Shown here in pieces: positions 38,977-48,732 of a DNA stretch of 64,000 nucleotides. The notes under the pieces are model-generated. The model did not search any database. It was not told the DNA's origin and worked only from the letters and a program-made list of their open reading frames with translations. The position numbers and the translations under genes are program-made. Origin of the DNA: a virus; the IMG/VR virus record IMGVR_UViG_3300007735_000802, one strand, 5' to 3'. How positions within the stretch are numbered: position 1 is the first letter of the stretch; every line of letters starts with the position of its first letter.

Positions 38977-39375
38977 TTACTTTCCTATGTGGTATTTAGG
39001 AACCAGAGTCCATTCTTGTTTGTCTTTGAATGGAATTATCTTCAATCTTGCAAGAGATAATTGTGGTTCTTTATACTTGTTTGGATCTAACGGAGTGATC
39101 AAACCCCATTCTGTCAAAAGTTTAACTATTGTATTTCTTCGTCCAAGATCATCAGTTGACATATCAGATTCTAAACCATCAAGTACAAACATTTCTTTAA
39201 AATGCATGATGGCATATCTACCTCTCTTGTGTAGTATGTGACAAGACTGATATAACTTTTTTTCTGTTTTTGAAGAAACTCCGATTCTAGTCAGGGTTTC
39301 TTTAACTTTAAGAAAGTCTTCTTCTGAATTTAATTTTACTTCTACACCCAATCCCTCAAAAATATCTTCTGTCAT
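38977..39375 (-). CDS. regA: Translational repressor RegA
   Basis: DFLKVKETLTRIG, LYQSCHILHKRGRY, HFKE, RRNTI, LVPKY. Confidence 0.96.
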   Translation of the reverse strand: MTEDIFEGLGVEVKLNSEEDFLKVKETLTRIGVSSKTEKKLYQSCHILHKRGRYAIMHFKEMFVLDGLESDMSTDDLGRRNTIVKLLTEWGLITPLDPNKYKEPQLSLARLKIIPFKDKQEWTLVPKYHIGK

Positions 39376-39400
39376 AATAAACTCCCATATTGACAGAAAA

Positions 39401-39408
39401 TATTTATA
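39401..39408 (-). promoter_or_regulatory. T4-type late promoter TATAAATA upstream of regA and the glyco island
   Basis: Exact consensus in the gp62-regA spacer. Confidence 0.6.
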
Positions 39409-39411
39409 TTT

Positions 39412-39798
39412 TTACCTTTTTTGACCACCTTTTTGTACCAAATCGCGCAACTTATCCATGGGAAGTAAGTCAATTACCTCCTTTGCTCTTTGGTCAGAGT
39501 ACCCAAAAACCTCTTTTACTATTTCAAGATCTTTGTTTTCTTCTGGTTTTATCCATTTGGAAAACCTTTTCCTCTTGGAAATAGAATGCAAATAATAATC
39601 ATATTGCATCTTTTTATCCAAAAAAGCAACCTGATTCATTCTATTTGCATAAAAAATCGTATCTGGAAAATAAGAAAAGCACTTGTTTATTACAAAAGGA
39701 ACAAACTCTTTTTCCAATCTTGGATCTTTGGAAAGGAGGTTTTCCTTGGTTTGATTAATAGAGTTTAAAAATTCAGAGAGCATATTATTTAAAGGCAC
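39412..39798 (-). CDS. 62: Clamp loader small subunit (gp62)
   Basis: LNSIN, PFVINK, ANRMN, QYDY, KRKRFSKW. Confidence 0.93.
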   Translation of the reverse strand: MPLNNMLSEFLNSINQTKENLLSKDPRLEKEFVPFVINKCFSYFPDTIFYANRMNQVAFLDKKMQYDYYLHSISKRKRFSKWIKPEENKDLEIVKEVFGYSDQRAKEVIDLLPMDKLRDLVQKGGQKR

Positions 39799-40729
39799 AA
39801 GACATCATTAATTGGACCAGACATGCCACCAAGTTAATCTCTTGGTCTGCAACGAACGCAGAGCGGTACTGAGACTCTGCAATGATTAGAATCGCCTCCG
39901 GAATGCTCTGATTCTCAAGACTGTCTCCCAAGGCATCGTAGATTTTTCTGTAAATATCCTGTGGGGATGCTTCGGCGTTCAACGCTGCCCATCTACGAAC
40001 TGTGGCAAAGTCCTTGTTTCGAAGAGCGGTCATGAGATTCTTAATCTCAACTTCTGCTACATTTGACAAAATTCCAATGTCAATTGTCCCAGAAACTCCA
40101 TATCGCTGAAGTTCATTTAGAATTCTCCGCATATCCGGAAAATGCTTCATGATTAACTGTCCAAGTACCTTCTTGTCAAACTTGACCCGTTCCTGAGTTA
40201 GAATATAAGAGCATCGCTCCATCATCTTTGCAGCGATTGCTGGTTTTTCTCCAGGTGGAAGTATAAAATCAATGCAAGTGCAGCGGGAGTGAATTGGCTC
40301 AATGATACGGGATTTATAATTACAGGTAAGAATAAATCTACAATTGTTTGCAAACTCTTCAATAGCACCCCGAAGAGCGGGTTGAATGCTATTAGCATTG
40401 GAATAATCAAACTCATCTAGAATAACTACCTTTCTAACATCACCACTCAAAGATACCGTACTGGCAAATTGCCTAATCTTTGTGCGAAGAGTATCGATAT
40501 TTCCTTCTTCAGAGCAGTTAATTAATATCCAATCACACCCCATCTCGTTGCAGAGTGCTTTTGCTACAGTTGTCTTTCCAACACCAGCAGACCCCGAAAA
40601 GAGTAAATTTTGCGGTTCCCCTTTAGCAACCATGTCGCTGAAAGTTGACTTCAGCGACACGGGGAGAACACACTCTTCGATGGTCTGTGGACGATACTTT
40701 TCTACCCACAGAAAATTTTCAGGTTTCAT
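39785..40729 (-). CDS. 44: Clamp loader large subunit (gp44)
   Basis: LWVEKYRP, GVGKTT, ILDEFD, SRC. Confidence 0.96.
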   Translation of the reverse strand: MKPENFLWVEKYRPQTIEECVLPVSLKSTFSDMVAKGEPQNLLFSGSAGVGKTTVAKALCNEMGCDWILINCSEEGNIDTLRTKIRQFASTVSLSGDVRKVVILDEFDYSNANSIQPALRGAIEEFANNCRFILTCNYKSRIIEPIHSRCTCIDFILPPGEKPAIAAKMMERCSYILTQERVKFDKKVLGQLIMKHFPDMRRILNELQRYGVSGTIDIGILSNVAEVEIKNLMTALRNKDFATVRRWAALNAEASPQDIYRKIYDALGDSLENQSIPEAILIIAESQYRSAFVADQEINLVACLVQLMMSCAFK

Positions 40730-40730
40730 T

Positions 40731-41414
40731 TTATGATCCATACTTGGAGGTATTTGCTTCCATTGCAAACCAATACTTAAGAGACATAGACTTGTTAACA
40801 AATTCGCCAACAATATTTTTGGCAAAATTTATTGTATAGTCACCCGGAAGAATCTTGATATTTTCCATCTTGAAGTTGAAGATGAATTGTGATCCCTCAT
40901 AATTTTCATCAAGATCAATCTTGTATGAGTTTGAAGTTGGATCTGAAAGATCCGAAACCATGGCAAGAATTCCGTTTCCATTACTTGTAAATGAAAGATC
41001 AGGAAGTTGCATTACAGATGCTGCCTTCTGAAGTTCTCCAAAATTCTTTTCAGTTAGAGTTACACTCACATTTACCTCTGGCATGATAACATCTTTGGTT
41101 GGCACAGAGAGTAACCTTGGTTCTGAGTAATAATAGTTTACAACAGAATTGCTACCATTCTTGATCTTTACACTTTTTTCTCCGAATGTAAAGTTAGGTG
41201 TGTTAAACAGACTTACAACACCAAGAAATTTGTTTAAGTCCCAAATTCCAAATTCCACATCAAAAGTCTCTTCTACGGTGGCAATTGCCATTCCATTCTT
41301 GGAAGGTGTAATTGTTTTAATTACATTTCCAGGCTTTACCAGAAGATTTGAATTTAGAGTAGAAAAATTCTTAAGAATTGTAAGAGTATTTTTTGATAAA
41401 GTCACTTGGTTCAT
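40731..41414 (-). CDS. 45: Sliding clamp (gp45)
   Basis: LSKNTLTILKNF, FGIWDLNKFL, LPGDY, YWFAME. Confidence 0.93.
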   Translation of the reverse strand: MNQVTLSKNTLTILKNFSTLNSNLLVKPGNVIKTITPSKNGMAIATVEETFDVEFGIWDLNKFLGVVSLFNTPNFTFGEKSVKIKNGSNSVVNYYYSEPRLLSVPTKDVIMPEVNVSVTLTEKNFGELQKAASVMQLPDLSFTSNGNGILAMVSDLSDPTSNSYKIDLDENYEGSQFIFNFKMENIKILPGDYTINFAKNIVGEFVNKSMSLKYWFAMEANTSKYGS

Positions 41415-41429
41415 AATATTACCTTTTTG

Positions 41430-41597
41430 TTATCTCATATAGTTGTCTTCAAAGTCATCATCCTCAAAACCACTTTCCCAATAATTTTTAAGTTGTTGCT
41501 TTGATCGGTTCTTTTCAGAACCTTTTTCTTTTTTAGAAACAGACTTTAATTGTTTTGGTGGTTTTGGTTGATCCCGCTTAAAATCATCTTTTTTCAT
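41430..41597 (-). CDS. Small hypothetical protein (55 aa, below the ORF-track cutoff)
   Basis: MKKDDFKRDQ...DDDFEDNYMR*, preceded by GAGG and a sigma70-type promoter. Confidence 0.55.
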   Translation of the reverse strand: MKKDDFKRDQPKPPKQLKSVSKKEKGSEKNRSKQQLKNYWESGFEDDDFEDNYMR

Positions 41598-41607
41598 ATC
41601 TTCCTCT

Positions 41608-41635
41608 ATTATACCATGTTTAAATTACAATTCAA
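41608..41635 (-). promoter_or_regulatory. Sigma70-type promoter for the gp45-44-62 operon
   Basis: TTGAAT-N16 (ending TGG)-TATAAT. Confidence 0.6.
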
Positions 41636-41942
41636 CCCAAAATCTATTACTATTTTCTCTAATGTAAGTATATAAAATACCAGTGGACGGAACATACCAT
41701 CTGTCTCCAACCTTTGCGTTTGCTGGAGGAGTTTCTGATATATAGAATCCTTCTTCTCCACCAATGGATGCCCAGTATGCTGATCCTTCAATTGTTCCAG
41801 GAACTTTATTAACATGAGCCTTTAATGTAACATATAGTTTTCCATCATAATCTACAGAGTCGCCAATTTTATAAACATACGAATTTCCATCAGGATCGTA
41901 TTGTTTATACTTGCCTCTAAAATTTAGATTATCTGTCTTCAT
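41625..41942 (-). CDS. Small protein with CBM5/12-like and fibre-type motifs
   Basis: YKIGDSVDYDGKLY...YW; PPANAKVGDRWY resembles the 26587 protein; CATAAATA upstream. Confidence 0.55.
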   Translation of the reverse strand: MKTDNLNFRGKYKQYDPDGNSYVYKIGDSVDYDGKLYVTLKAHVNKVPGTIEGSAYWASIGGEEGFYISETPPANAKVGDRWYVPSTGILYTYIRENSNRFWVEL

Positions 41943-43673
41943 TTAAGTATTTATGAGTTTACTAAAATTATTTTTCTTTTCAAATATAACCAGTGAACCG
42001 AACTTATCGACCAACTGATCTGCCTTGTGACTGATAACATAAACATTTGCCTTATCGCTTATGACTCGTAAAAGTTTCATAAGTTCATCCATTCCTACGC
42101 CATCCAAAGAAGAGTCAAATACTTCATCAAGAATAAGAAGATTGCAGTTTATGCTGTTTTTCAGTCTTGCAATCTCTCTCCATGCCAAAAGTAGGGCAAG
42201 ATCAATTCGCATTTTCTCTCCTTCGCTAAAATTCATATAACTGAATTCATCTCGGTGTCTGGACTTAATCTGTTCGTTAAACTCCTCATCCAAATTGAAC
42301 TGTACGAAAAAATCCATCGCTGATAAAAACTTGTTGATATATTTGTTCATATATGGTAGGTAATACTTTATTATCTTAGTTTTAACCCCACCATCCTTTA
42401 GCAAGTCACTTGCAAGTTCATGATACATCAAGTCTTCTGAATTCGTAGATCTTTCTTCCTCTAGTATTTTTAGTCCACCTTCAAGTTGACTTAATTTTGT
42501 CTTTTCAATCTCCAGATCATCTACAATTACAGACTTATTCAAAGTAGATTTTATCTTTTCGATTTCCTTTTTATAAGTTTCAATTTCGCGAACAATTGCT
42601 CTACATTCAGATTGCTTTATTCGAGTTTGTTCGAGAGAAATCTCAAGAGTGTTTATTTCTTCTTCAATCTGATCGCGAAATTCTATACCCTGCTCTAATG
42701 AGTCATCTGTATTTGAAATTTCCAAATTACACTGAAGAATTTTATTTCTCTTCACAGATTCATTTATATCTTGAGAGCATGTTGGACATGTACAGTTTTC
42801 TTTAAAGAGATTTATTTTCTTTTCAGTTTCTTTTCTGATTGTTTTTAATTCTGAAATGTTAGATTCTATCTTTTTTATTCTTTCTTTCTTTGCCTTCAAA
42901 GAATCAAGTATAAATTGAATATCCTTTTCCTCCCACCCACCATTCATTCCCTTTGATGCCATATCCATCTCTATATCAAAAACCTTTGATTCCAACTCTT
43001 TTATTTTTGCTAATTTAACATCATTATCTTCTGTGTTTTTCTTTTCCAAAGTTACAATATAACTATTTTGAACACTTATTTTATTTTTCTCAATTTCTAG
43101 TCGAGTATTAATGTCTTTGATTGTTTCTTTAATTGAAAGAATCTTTCCTTTCAATACAACATTCATTGTACTGAAGATATTGATATCAAGAATATTTTCA
43201 ATTACATTTCTTCGATCTGCTGCTGATAATTGCATAAATGGAACAAAAGAAGAACTACCCAAGATCACCACCTGAGTAAATGTCTTATAGTTCATCTTTA
43301 GAATTTGCTGCTCTAGAAGTTCTTGATAATCCACAGACTTTGCATCTTGATCTATAAGAGTACCGTTTTTGTGAATTTCAAATATTCTAGGATTGATTCC
43401 TCTTCTTACCATGAACTTATCAGATCCCTTTGTAAACTCAATTTCAACCAAACATCCTTTTTCGTTAATCGAATTTACAAGTTGAGGAATATTAATCTTT
43501 CTGAATGGTTTTCCAAAAAGAGCAAAAGTAATAGAATCCAAAAAAGCAAATGACTTACCACTCCCATTGTTTCCACATATGAGAGTTGTATTGTTTTTAT
43601 TCAATGCAATTTCGGTTACTGTATTACCAAAAGATCCAAAGTTTTTGAATCTTACTTTTTCAAAAATTATCAT
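41943..43673 (-). CDS. 46: Recombination endonuclease ATPase subunit (gp46, Rad50/SbcC-like)
   Basis: GNNGSGKS, CPTC zinc hook, FSEGEKMRIDL, LILDEVFD. Confidence 0.96.
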   Translation of the reverse strand: MIIFEKVRFKNFGSFGNTVTEIALNKNNTTLICGNNGSGKSFAFLDSITFALFGKPFRKINIPQLVNSINEKGCLVEIEFTKGSDKFMVRRGINPRIFEIHKNGTLIDQDAKSVDYQELLEQQILKMNYKTFTQVVILGSSSFVPFMQLSAADRRNVIENILDINIFSTMNVVLKGKILSIKETIKDINTRLEIEKNKISVQNSYIVTLEKKNTEDNDVKLAKIKELESKVFDIEMDMASKGMNGGWEEKDIQFILDSLKAKKERIKKIESNISELKTIRKETEKKINLFKENCTCPTCSQDINESVKRNKILQCNLEISNTDDSLEQGIEFRDQIEEEINTLEISLEQTRIKQSECRAIVREIETYKKEIEKIKSTLNKSVIVDDLEIEKTKLSQLEGGLKILEEERSTNSEDLMYHELASDLLKDGGVKTKIIKYYLPYMNKYINKFLSAMDFFVQFNLDEEFNEQIKSRHRDEFSYMNFSEGEKMRIDLALLLAWREIARLKNSINCNLLILDEVFDSSLDGVGMDELMKLLRVISDKANVYVISHKADQLVDKFGSLVIFEKKNNFSKLINT

Positions 43674-44728
43674 ATTTTAAGACTTTCCATGTAAACATCA
43701 CGAACAAGAGTTTTGAGTCTTACCTTATCAAAATCTCTTTGGATTGCATCAATTTCTCTTCCAATGATACTAATCGTATCTTCGCTTTCATCAAATTCAA
43801 CCGAAGTGGTTTTATCTGATATGTCTTCTATGATTGAAAGATCCTGTATACTCTTTTCCCAAAGAGCATCTATGAATTTATCAAATATGTTTTGTTTTGT
43901 TTTGGTTCTTACAGTTACACGAATATAACCATTTTTAAGATTTGTATCGCTCAAAAACTTTGCAATTTTCTTGACTTCTTCTGGACTAGAATCATCATAG
44001 TTAAATATATGAAATATGTTATTTTTATTTTCTATAAACTCAAAAGTGTCTGATACCGTGTCGTAGACATGAAATCCTTTTCTTGAATATGCATCAGAAA
44101 AGTTCATTTGATATTGAGTACCAAGATAATGAATATTTCCTTCAGATTGTTTGATATGAAAGTGTCCAGATAACACTTTATCAAATCTATTAAACATGGA
44201 TACATTGAATCCATTCTGATGCTTTACACCAGGAATGACCTGAAATCCTACAATTTCAAAGTGCCCACCAATAATTCTAGATTTGCATTTCTGTAGAAAA
44301 TTTACAATCTCTGCCTCATTCTCTTTTGTTACCCATGGGATGATTCCAAAATTAAAATCATCAAACATAATTTCTGTTGGATTTTCATATATTTTAATAT
44401 TTGAATATCGTTCAGTAAGTAACTCTTTCAATGAGTTTAGATTATTAGTATTTCTGTAATAGGTATCATGGTTACCTATAGTAATATGTAATTTTACATT
44501 TTCTGTTTCAAATGCATTTATAAATCTTTGTCTTACCAAAGACAGCGTATTGAAATTTACATATTTTCTACGATCAAAGAAGTCACCCAAGTGTACAACT
44601 TGATCTACTTTGTTTTCTTTTAAATACGGAAAGAATTGATTTTCAAAAAATTGTAAAGAATTTTCCAAAAAGATAGGTGAATCATTTCTACAACCAAAAT
44701 GAGTATCACTTATAAATGCAATTTTCAC
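43670..44728 (-). CDS. 47: Recombination endonuclease nuclease subunit (gp47, Mre11/SbcD-like)
   Basis: DTHFG, GDFFD, GNHD, GHFE, SGHFH. Confidence 0.96.
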   Translation of the reverse strand: MKIAFISDTHFGCRNDSPIFLENSLQFFENQFFPYLKENKVDQVVHLGDFFDRRKYVNFNTLSLVRQRFINAFETENVKLHITIGNHDTYYRNTNNLNSLKELLTERYSNIKIYENPTEIMFDDFNFGIIPWVTKENEAEIVNFLQKCKSRIIGGHFEIVGFQVIPGVKHQNGFNVSMFNRFDKVLSGHFHIKQSEGNIHYLGTQYQMNFSDAYSRKGFHVYDTVSDTFEFIENKNNIFHIFNYDDSSPEEVKKIAKFLSDTNLKNGYIRVTVRTKTKQNIFDKFIDALWEKSIQDLSIIEDISDKTTSVEFDESEDTISIIGREIDAIQRDFDKVRLKTLVRDVYMESLKI

Positions 44729-45312
44729 TTTTTCTTTCTTCTCTTTCTTTTGCTCTTTGCCTTTGGTTCCATTTTTTCTATATCTGTTTCTGACAAAGAA
44801 AAATGTTTTTGTAAAAAATCACTATAAGAAGGACTTTCAGATTCCCTTCTCATCCACTCCGTAAGTTTACCATCTATATCTTTCATCTGCAAGCACTTGT
44901 ATTTGATATATGCTTGTTTCTTTTCCTTTTCGATTCTTCTTAAAAATGCATAATATATTATTTGAGTAAAATATGAAAATGGGTTTGTAGACTTTTGTGG
45001 ATCAAAGTTATGAGCATATAAAATACAATTTTCCACACCATCACATATCATGTCTTCACGAAAAGGATAATTTATAAAGTTTGGACGATGGGATAAATGT
45101 TCTGCTATTTTTAGAAAACAAGTTCCAATATAATCTGTAATTGGTGGTCTTTTTTCACCACATTCCTCTGCATCTCTCACTATTTTTTTCCACTCTGTCA
45201 TAGCAGAGCAGAACTTTATATTATCGATATAATGTTTTAGAGATTTAACTTCGTCTTCTACTTCTTTTGTAATCTCTTCTTCATTATTTTTATTTTGTTT
45301 TTTCATAATCAT
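44725..45312 (-). CDS. 55: Late-transcription sigma factor (gp55)
   Basis: HYIDN, YIGTCFLKIA, RPNF, DMICDGVENC, NPFSYFTQI. Confidence 0.95.
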   Translation of the reverse strand: MIMKKQNKNNEEEITKEVEDEVKSLKHYIDNIKFCSAMTEWKKIVRDAEECGEKRPPITDYIGTCFLKIAEHLSHRPNFINYPFREDMICDGVENCILYAHNFDPQKSTNPFSYFTQIIYYAFLRRIEKEKKQAYIKYKCLQMKDIDGKLTEWMRRESESPSYSDFLQKHFSLSETDIEKMEPKAKSKRKRRKKK

Positions 45313-45327
45313 CCTTGGATGATGCCA

Positions 45328-45355
45328 AGTATAACATGGAAAATGAAGTTTTCAA
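45328..45355 (-). promoter_or_regulatory. Sigma70-type promoter for gp55
   Basis: TTGAAA-N16 (ending TGT)-TATACT. Confidence 0.55.
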
Positions 45356-45394
45356 GCAATTTATGAAATCTTCCACAACAAACTTATAAAAGGC

Positions 45395-45424
45395 TTGACA
45401 GATTCTGGTAAGCATGTGTATAAT
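45395..45424 (+). promoter_or_regulatory. Consensus sigma70 promoter oriented antisense to the uvsW block
   Basis: TTGACA-N18-TATAAT. Confidence 0.5.
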
Positions 45425-45467
45425 TTTTGTGTGGGAATGAAGAAGGAAACCTATCTATCGATAACTA

Positions 45468-46175
45468 TTAATTATAGTCTTTAGAGTTAGGATCTGGATT
45501 CCAATCACTGAACCTATTACCAAAGTTCTTATTATCCTTCTCATCACCAGTAAAGCGATTACGCTTCTTAACTTCATCTACCATATTCAATAAAATCTTT
45601 GGATCTAATATACCAGAGCTAACTAAATTCATAATGGATTCCGCAGGAATGTATAACTGCATCATTATCATATGACGATCCAGTTCTCTTTCATCTGTCA
45701 TGTCCGGTGGAAGATAGTCTGATTTTTTACTTTTTCTTTTCTTCTTGTTCTTTGGTGCTGAATAATTATTTTCAGGCATAGCGTTTTTGAAGAGTTCTTC
45801 CGTTGAAGTTAAAAAATCTTCTAACATTGAACTAAAAGAATTCATATCAATTTTTTCATCTTTTGATTCTTCAATAGTATCTAAAGTTTTTGAATTAAAT
45901 TCTCTATCACTTTCCATTTCATATAATTTTATAGTATCTGCATTTGGTTCAATTCTAAATGCTATATGATTTAAAGGTAATTCTATATCCTTTGAATCTG
46001 TGTTCATCAACCAATCATGAAGTGATGTTATGTCTATAATTCTTCCCAATTCATCTTGAGAAACCATAGTTTTAAAAACCATTGGTTTATGTATCTTAAT
46101 AAAGTTATCATTTTCTTCAAGAACCTGACATGCTATTTCTTCACCACTTCTGAGTTTAAGAACTTTTAAATTCAT
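45468..46175 (-). CDS. Conserved T4-like hypothetical protein (Sm-like N-terminus)
   Basis: LKLRSGEEI motif; usual position between uvsW and gp55. Confidence 0.7.
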   Translation of the reverse strand: MNLKVLKLRSGEEIACQVLEENDNFIKIHKPMVFKTMVSQDELGRIIDITSLHDWLMNTDSKDIELPLNHIAFRIEPNADTIKLYEMESDREFNSKTLDTIEESKDEKIDMNSFSSMLEDFLTSTEELFKNAMPENNYSAPKNKKKRKSKKSDYLPPDMTDERELDRHMIMMQLYIPAESIMNLVSSGILDPKILLNMVDEVKKRNRFTGDEKDNKNFGNRFSDWNPDPNSKDYN

Positions 46176-46176
46176 T

Positions 46177-47628
46177 CTATTCTCCTAACTTTATTTTGGT
46201 CTTCTTGAATGTGAACTGCTCATTAGTATATATGGTAGTTCGCTCATCTAGATGTCGAAGGGCGTGATTGCGATACTTTCCATACGAAAGATCGTCTCCC
46301 AAGTCATACACTGTGACTTTATCTTTTGTTTCTGACTTTCGAAGACCTCTTCCAATCGACTGCAACACTCGTATTACTGACTTAGAAGGAGAAGCAAATA
46401 TAATAGCATGTATATTTTTAATATTGATTCCTGTAGAACATGTTCCATACGATGCTACTAAAATACTATTATCGTTACTGTCTACTATTTTTCTGATTTC
46501 TTCTCGTTCTTCGATTTCCGTTTTGCCGCAGATAAGATAAGTTTTCTTTCTATTTTGTCCCTTAAATTTATCAAAGAGCGGTATTCCATGCTTTCCAACA
46601 AAATTGAAAAGAACAAGCACATTACCACGAATACTGTTAGCAAGATTGCATATGAAATCATTTCTTTTATTATTTAGCACAATCCATTCGATTTCGTCTG
46701 CATATTTTGCTCTCTTGATCTGCTGCACATCAGATTCGCCATATTTTAAAAGCAAACATTCTATATTTAATTGTGCTAGAACTTCTTTGTCTATGAGTTC
46801 TTTGGTTGATGTCACTTGGTGGACTGTACCAAATAATCCTTCCAACACTAATTTGTGAACCTGAGTTCCGTCGAGTGTTCCTGTAGTTCCAATACGATAT
46901 TCACATTTTTTGAGTTTAGTCATTATTTTAACTAAGGATTTTGCCTTAAATAAATGTGATTCATCTCCAATAATCGCATCAAACTGCTCAAAAAATGCTT
47001 CGTTTTGTGTATACAAACTTTGCCATGTCGAAATTACAACTTTGGCATTTGTTTGCTTTTCCTGACCACCGTAAATTAAATGTATGTGTTTTGATATTTG
47101 CTTTGAATTTGAGTAATCCTGAAAATCAGAATTTAATTGAGTAACCAATCCTGTTGTTGGTACAACAATTAAAATTTTCTTGTTTATTCTTTTCAAAAGT
47201 TCCAACACGATAAAATATATGATCAAACTCTTACCACTTCCTGTTGGAGATATCAGAAGTGTTCTACGATTTTGTATGGCGTGTTTCACTGCATCTATCT
47301 GGTAGTCGTGTGGTTCGATTCTCTTGCCTCCTGAGTAAACTGTAGGCAATTCTAGTGACTCTATGTCACTCTTCAATGTCTCTTCATATTCTAACTTATA
47401 TCCTCTATCTCTTGCAAAAGAGAGAACATATGGAAGAAGACCAGCATACAGTTTATTTGTTAGAATATTAAAAAGACGAATCTTTCCATCCCATTTTCTT
47501 TTACGAAATGCTGGATTATATTCAGAGTTTGGAACTCTAAATGTAAAAAAGGAAGACAACTCTTTCGCAATGCTTTTTTCGCATTCGATTTCAATATACA
47601 CTGAATCTACTTTTTTAATTTTGATCAT
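46177..47628 (-). CDS. uvsW: RNA-DNA/DNA helicase UvsW
   Basis: WDGKIRLF, SPTGSGKS, GDESH, GTTGT, QSIGRGLR. Confidence 0.95.
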   Translation of the reverse strand: MIKIKKVDSVYIEIECEKSIAKELSSFFTFRVPNSEYNPAFRKRKWDGKIRLFNILTNKLYAGLLPYVLSFARDRGYKLEYEETLKSDIESLELPTVYSGGKRIEPHDYQIDAVKHAIQNRRTLLISPTGSGKSLIIYFIVLELLKRINKKILIVVPTTGLVTQLNSDFQDYSNSKQISKHIHLIYGGQEKQTNAKVVISTWQSLYTQNEAFFEQFDAIIGDESHLFKAKSLVKIMTKLKKCEYRIGTTGTLDGTQVHKLVLEGLFGTVHQVTSTKELIDKEVLAQLNIECLLLKYGESDVQQIKRAKYADEIEWIVLNNKRNDFICNLANSIRGNVLVLFNFVGKHGIPLFDKFKGQNRKKTYLICGKTEIEEREEIRKIVDSNDNSILVASYGTCSTGINIKNIHAIIFASPSKSVIRVLQSIGRGLRKSETKDKVTVYDLGDDLSYGKYRNHALRHLDERTTIYTNEQFTFKKTKIKLGE

Positions 47629-48059
47629 AGTCCTTGTGTGAACTTGATCCACTCAATCGATGAGCGAATATTCCAAATTTTATTTGAAATAATTTTCACT
47701 ACACTTTCAATATAATTCACTTTTTCTTTTTGTAAAAATAACTTGTTACCGAGAGTGATTACATCCATATCACTATCGATGAATCTATCCAAATCATTTT
47801 TTAGAATGTTTAGATCAAAAGGTTTCCATCCCTTTTGTTTTAATTCTTCTTCAGATAACTTTCCTGAATAATATAACCATTTGTCTCGTTTTAAGACTTT
47901 GAGTTTTGATTCTAAAGATTCTAGAATTAACTTTTCATCCATCAATATACACAAATATTTGTTATGTAATTGTGGTATTTTTGATGCTTCATCATCTAAA
48001 TGTGATGTATCGATTGCAGTATCTAGTTCTGCTTGTGCTTTTATTTGTTCAATGTTCAT
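47625..48059 (-). CDS. uvsY: Recombination mediator UvsY
   Basis: KIPQLHNKY, WLYYSGK, IEWIKF. Confidence 0.9.
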   Translation of the reverse strand: MNIEQIKAQAELDTAIDTSHLDDEASKIPQLHNKYLCILMDEKLILESLESKLKVLKRDKWLYYSGKLSEEELKQKGWKPFDLNILKNDLDRFIDSDMDVITLGNKLFLQKEKVNYIESVVKIISNKIWNIRSSIEWIKFTQGL

Positions 48060-48079
48060 AATATAGATCTCAATAGTAT

Positions 48080-48664
48080 TTATGGTGAAGTTGTATACGA
48101 TTCTATCTCATAGTGAGTATACGAAAATGTTGCAGTTGCTATTATAGGATCTGTATCTGGTAATGAAGAATCAAAATCTATTGAACTTAAAAAAGTTGGA
48201 TATACATTCTTAAACTTAACTGAAAGTAAAGGTTCATATGAACTGTTCATTACGGTTATGTACGCGCTTGATATTTTTTGTTGTTCCTTCAATATTTCAG
48301 ACACACCTCTGTATGAATATCCAATGTCTGTAATCCAGTTATAGATTTCTAACCAGTTTTTCATATTTTCATCAACCGAGAATCCTATTGTTAAATCTTC
48401 ATATACAAATGAAGTTCCTGGTCTACGAATGCTGACACCTGTTGGATTTGATTGTGTTGATGTTCCAAATGAATATGATGGAATGTTCGCTCTCTGACAA
48501 AAATAAGTCATGGTTGGACATCTATTCAAAAAGAAACGAAACTTATTGTTTGTTAATTGATTGTGGGTAGATGGTTGAAAATTATTTTGTACGATGAAAT
48601 CACCAGATATATCTGAAAATCCGGTGACTCCTTTGTACATTATTTGACTATTATTGTTAGGCAT
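48080..48664 (-). CDS. 3: Tail tube terminator/completion protein (gp3)
   Basis: YFCQRANIP, F.VDENMKNWLEIYNW, YPTFLS; position after gp23. Confidence 0.85.
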   Translation of the reverse strand: MPNNNSQIMYKGVTGFSDISGDFIVQNNFQPSTHNQLTNNKFRFFLNRCPTMTYFCQRANIPSYSFGTSTQSNPTGVSIRRPGTSFVYEDLTIGFSVDENMKNWLEIYNWITDIGYSYRGVSEILKEQQKISSAYITVMNSSYEPLLSVKFKNVYPTFLSSIDFDSSLPDTDPIIATATFSYTHYEIESYTTSP

Positions 48665-48669
48665 AAAAA

Positions 48670-48677
48670 TATTTATA
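48670..48677 (-). promoter_or_regulatory. T4-type late promoter TATAAATA
   Basis: Exact consensus 5 nt before ATG 48664. Confidence 0.7.
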
Positions 48678-48712
48678 AAAGAAAAACCGGGAGTTTTCAC
48701 CCCCGGTCTTTC
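48678..48712 (-). terminator. Terminator after the major capsid gene
   Basis: ACCGGGGGT-GAAA-ACTCCCGGT followed by TTTTCTTTT. Confidence 0.85.
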
Positions 48713-48732
48713 GTTGATTTTATCTCAATCTA

